64,000 nt of DNA. Origin: Acidimicrobiia bacterium. GTDB lineage: Bacteria; Actinomycetota; Acidimicrobiia; IMCC26256; JAMXLJ01. The translations under genes and the position numbers were made by a program. How positions within the stretch are numbered: position 1 is the stretch's first letter; each line of letters opens with the position of its first letter. Shown in pieces: positions 63,218-64,000 of the stretch. A model generated the notes under the pieces. It searched no databases, was not told the DNA's origin, and was given only the letters and a program-made list of their open reading frames with translations. The stretch is taken from positions 31,700 to 95,699 of the forward strand of contig JAMXLJ010000082.1 in NCBI GenBank assembly GCA_024281095.1, in the 5' to 3' direction.

Positions 63218-63583
63218 ATGACCGTCAAGCTCAACCACGTCGGGTTCGACCACGCGAAGCGTCTTGTCGACAACGGGCGGTACGTCCTCGACGAGCGTGA
63301 CGCATGGAGTGAGCACCAGCCGACAGCCGCGCAGGAGAACGAGTACATCGAGCAACACGGGTGGCGCGAATACTCGCGCTGGTACCTCGGGATCGACGAC
63401 GAGGCCGCCGAGGAGACCAAGGGCCACTACAAGTTCCCGTACGGCGACTTCGACCGTGCGCACCGGTGTGGTGTGCTCTCGGCCGAGTCGCGGGCCGGCC
63501 AGCGCACGTACCTCGACATTGAGCGTGCCGCCGCCCACCTGCACGGAATGCTCGACGCCCACATGAAAGAGCGTGCGCGCTGA
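63218..63583 (+). CDS. Conserved-looking hypothetical protein (121 aa)
   Basis: A strong RBS, AAGGAGG, lies 8 nt upstream of the start and GC3 is high. The central motif is HYKFPYGDFDRAHRCGVLSAESRAGQ. I recognise no family. Confidence 0.6.
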   Translation: MTVKLNHVGFDHAKRLVDNGRYVLDERDAWSEHQPTAAQENEYIEQHGWREYSRWYLGIDDEAAEETKGHYKFPYGDFDRAHRCGVLSAESRAGQRTYLDIERAAAHLHGMLDAHMKERAR

Positions 63584-64000
63584 GACGTCGGCGTTTGGGG
63601 TATCGCAAATGAACGGACGCCGCGTGGCCTCATGACGTTGTGTCCGCGCAGTACGACGTTTTGGCCCAGCTGACGTTCGAACACGAGCGCGGGCGCCGCG
63701 GAAACGCGCGGTAGGCGTTCGATCCTCCTGCATAGACGTTCCTTCACCAAGGAAGGGACGTTCGGGGTCAGCCCTGCACAATCGTTGCAGCCGCGCGTGA
63801 TTTGGGCACGCGCGCGCAGAGGAACCGGGGTATGCCTCAGCGTGCAGGTGCGCCGGTGCGGGGAGCGGATATACGAATGCGCGACGAAGCCGCGACGAGA
63901 ACGCTCGACTCGACCGAGCGCCCGCTCGAATCACTTCGCCGAGCAGTGCAGAAGAGCGCGCTCGCGGTTGGTCTCCTTCATCTCCCTCGCGGTCGCTATA

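Noticed and set aside
62507-63934. A 475-aa minus-strand ORF spanning the cyclase gene, the 121-aa gene and the non-coding tail.
   Set aside because: It crosses two well-supported genes in the wrong frame or strand, and its product is Arg/Pro-rich junk.
63933-63983. A 16-codon minus-strand ORF (MKETNRERALLHCSAK) with a good RBS at the window edge.
   Set aside because: It is too short and lacks context, so I do not call it a gene. It is mentioned only under the non-coding-tail finding.

Overview
This window is a gene-dense segment of roughly 70% G+C. I call about 65 protein genes. I found no rRNA, tRNA, CRISPR array, transposase or integrase. The gene content looks like actinobacterial chromosome: deazaflavin (F420)-type enzymes, mycothiol-type enzymes (a DinB/MST-like protein and an Rv2466c-like DsbA), a glnK-glnD-amt nitrogen locus with a GlnR-box-like repeat, and an arginine/ornithine/proline catabolic locus (amidinotransferase-like gene, rocD, Lrp/AsnC, PutA). 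Most of the rest is accessory redox and hydrolase metabolism: two P450s, five SDR/NmrA proteins, three LLM oxidoreductases, three amidohydrolases, esterases, a sugar ABC transporter and an orphan amino-acid-type binding protein. In DNA this G+C-rich the ORF track contains many long antisense or alternative-frame ORFs. I chose frames by recognisable family motifs, RBS or overlap coupling, and GC3, and I re-derived many starts by hand.

The items most worth a second look are:
- A GTP-cyclohydrolase-I-like T-fold protein that has lost all three zinc ligands. It is translationally coupled to a DUF2231 membrane protein and sits opposite an ArsR-like regulator.
- A 1081-aa STAND/AAA_16-TPR NTPase with no DNA-binding output domain, followed by a GNAT gene and divergent from a methyltransferase.
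- A 40-codon Cys-less bL36 gene that falls below the ORF-track cutoff and is fused by an ATGA overlap to a DDN-type oxidoreductase gene.
- An 18-bp tandem repeat that forms an intercistronic (PEPVPP)n mini-ORF.
- An alpha/beta-hydrolase gene broken by a single-base frameshift.
- A helically phased GACGTT array in the non-coding 3' end of the window.

All functional calls rest on motif recognition by eye. No database search was run.
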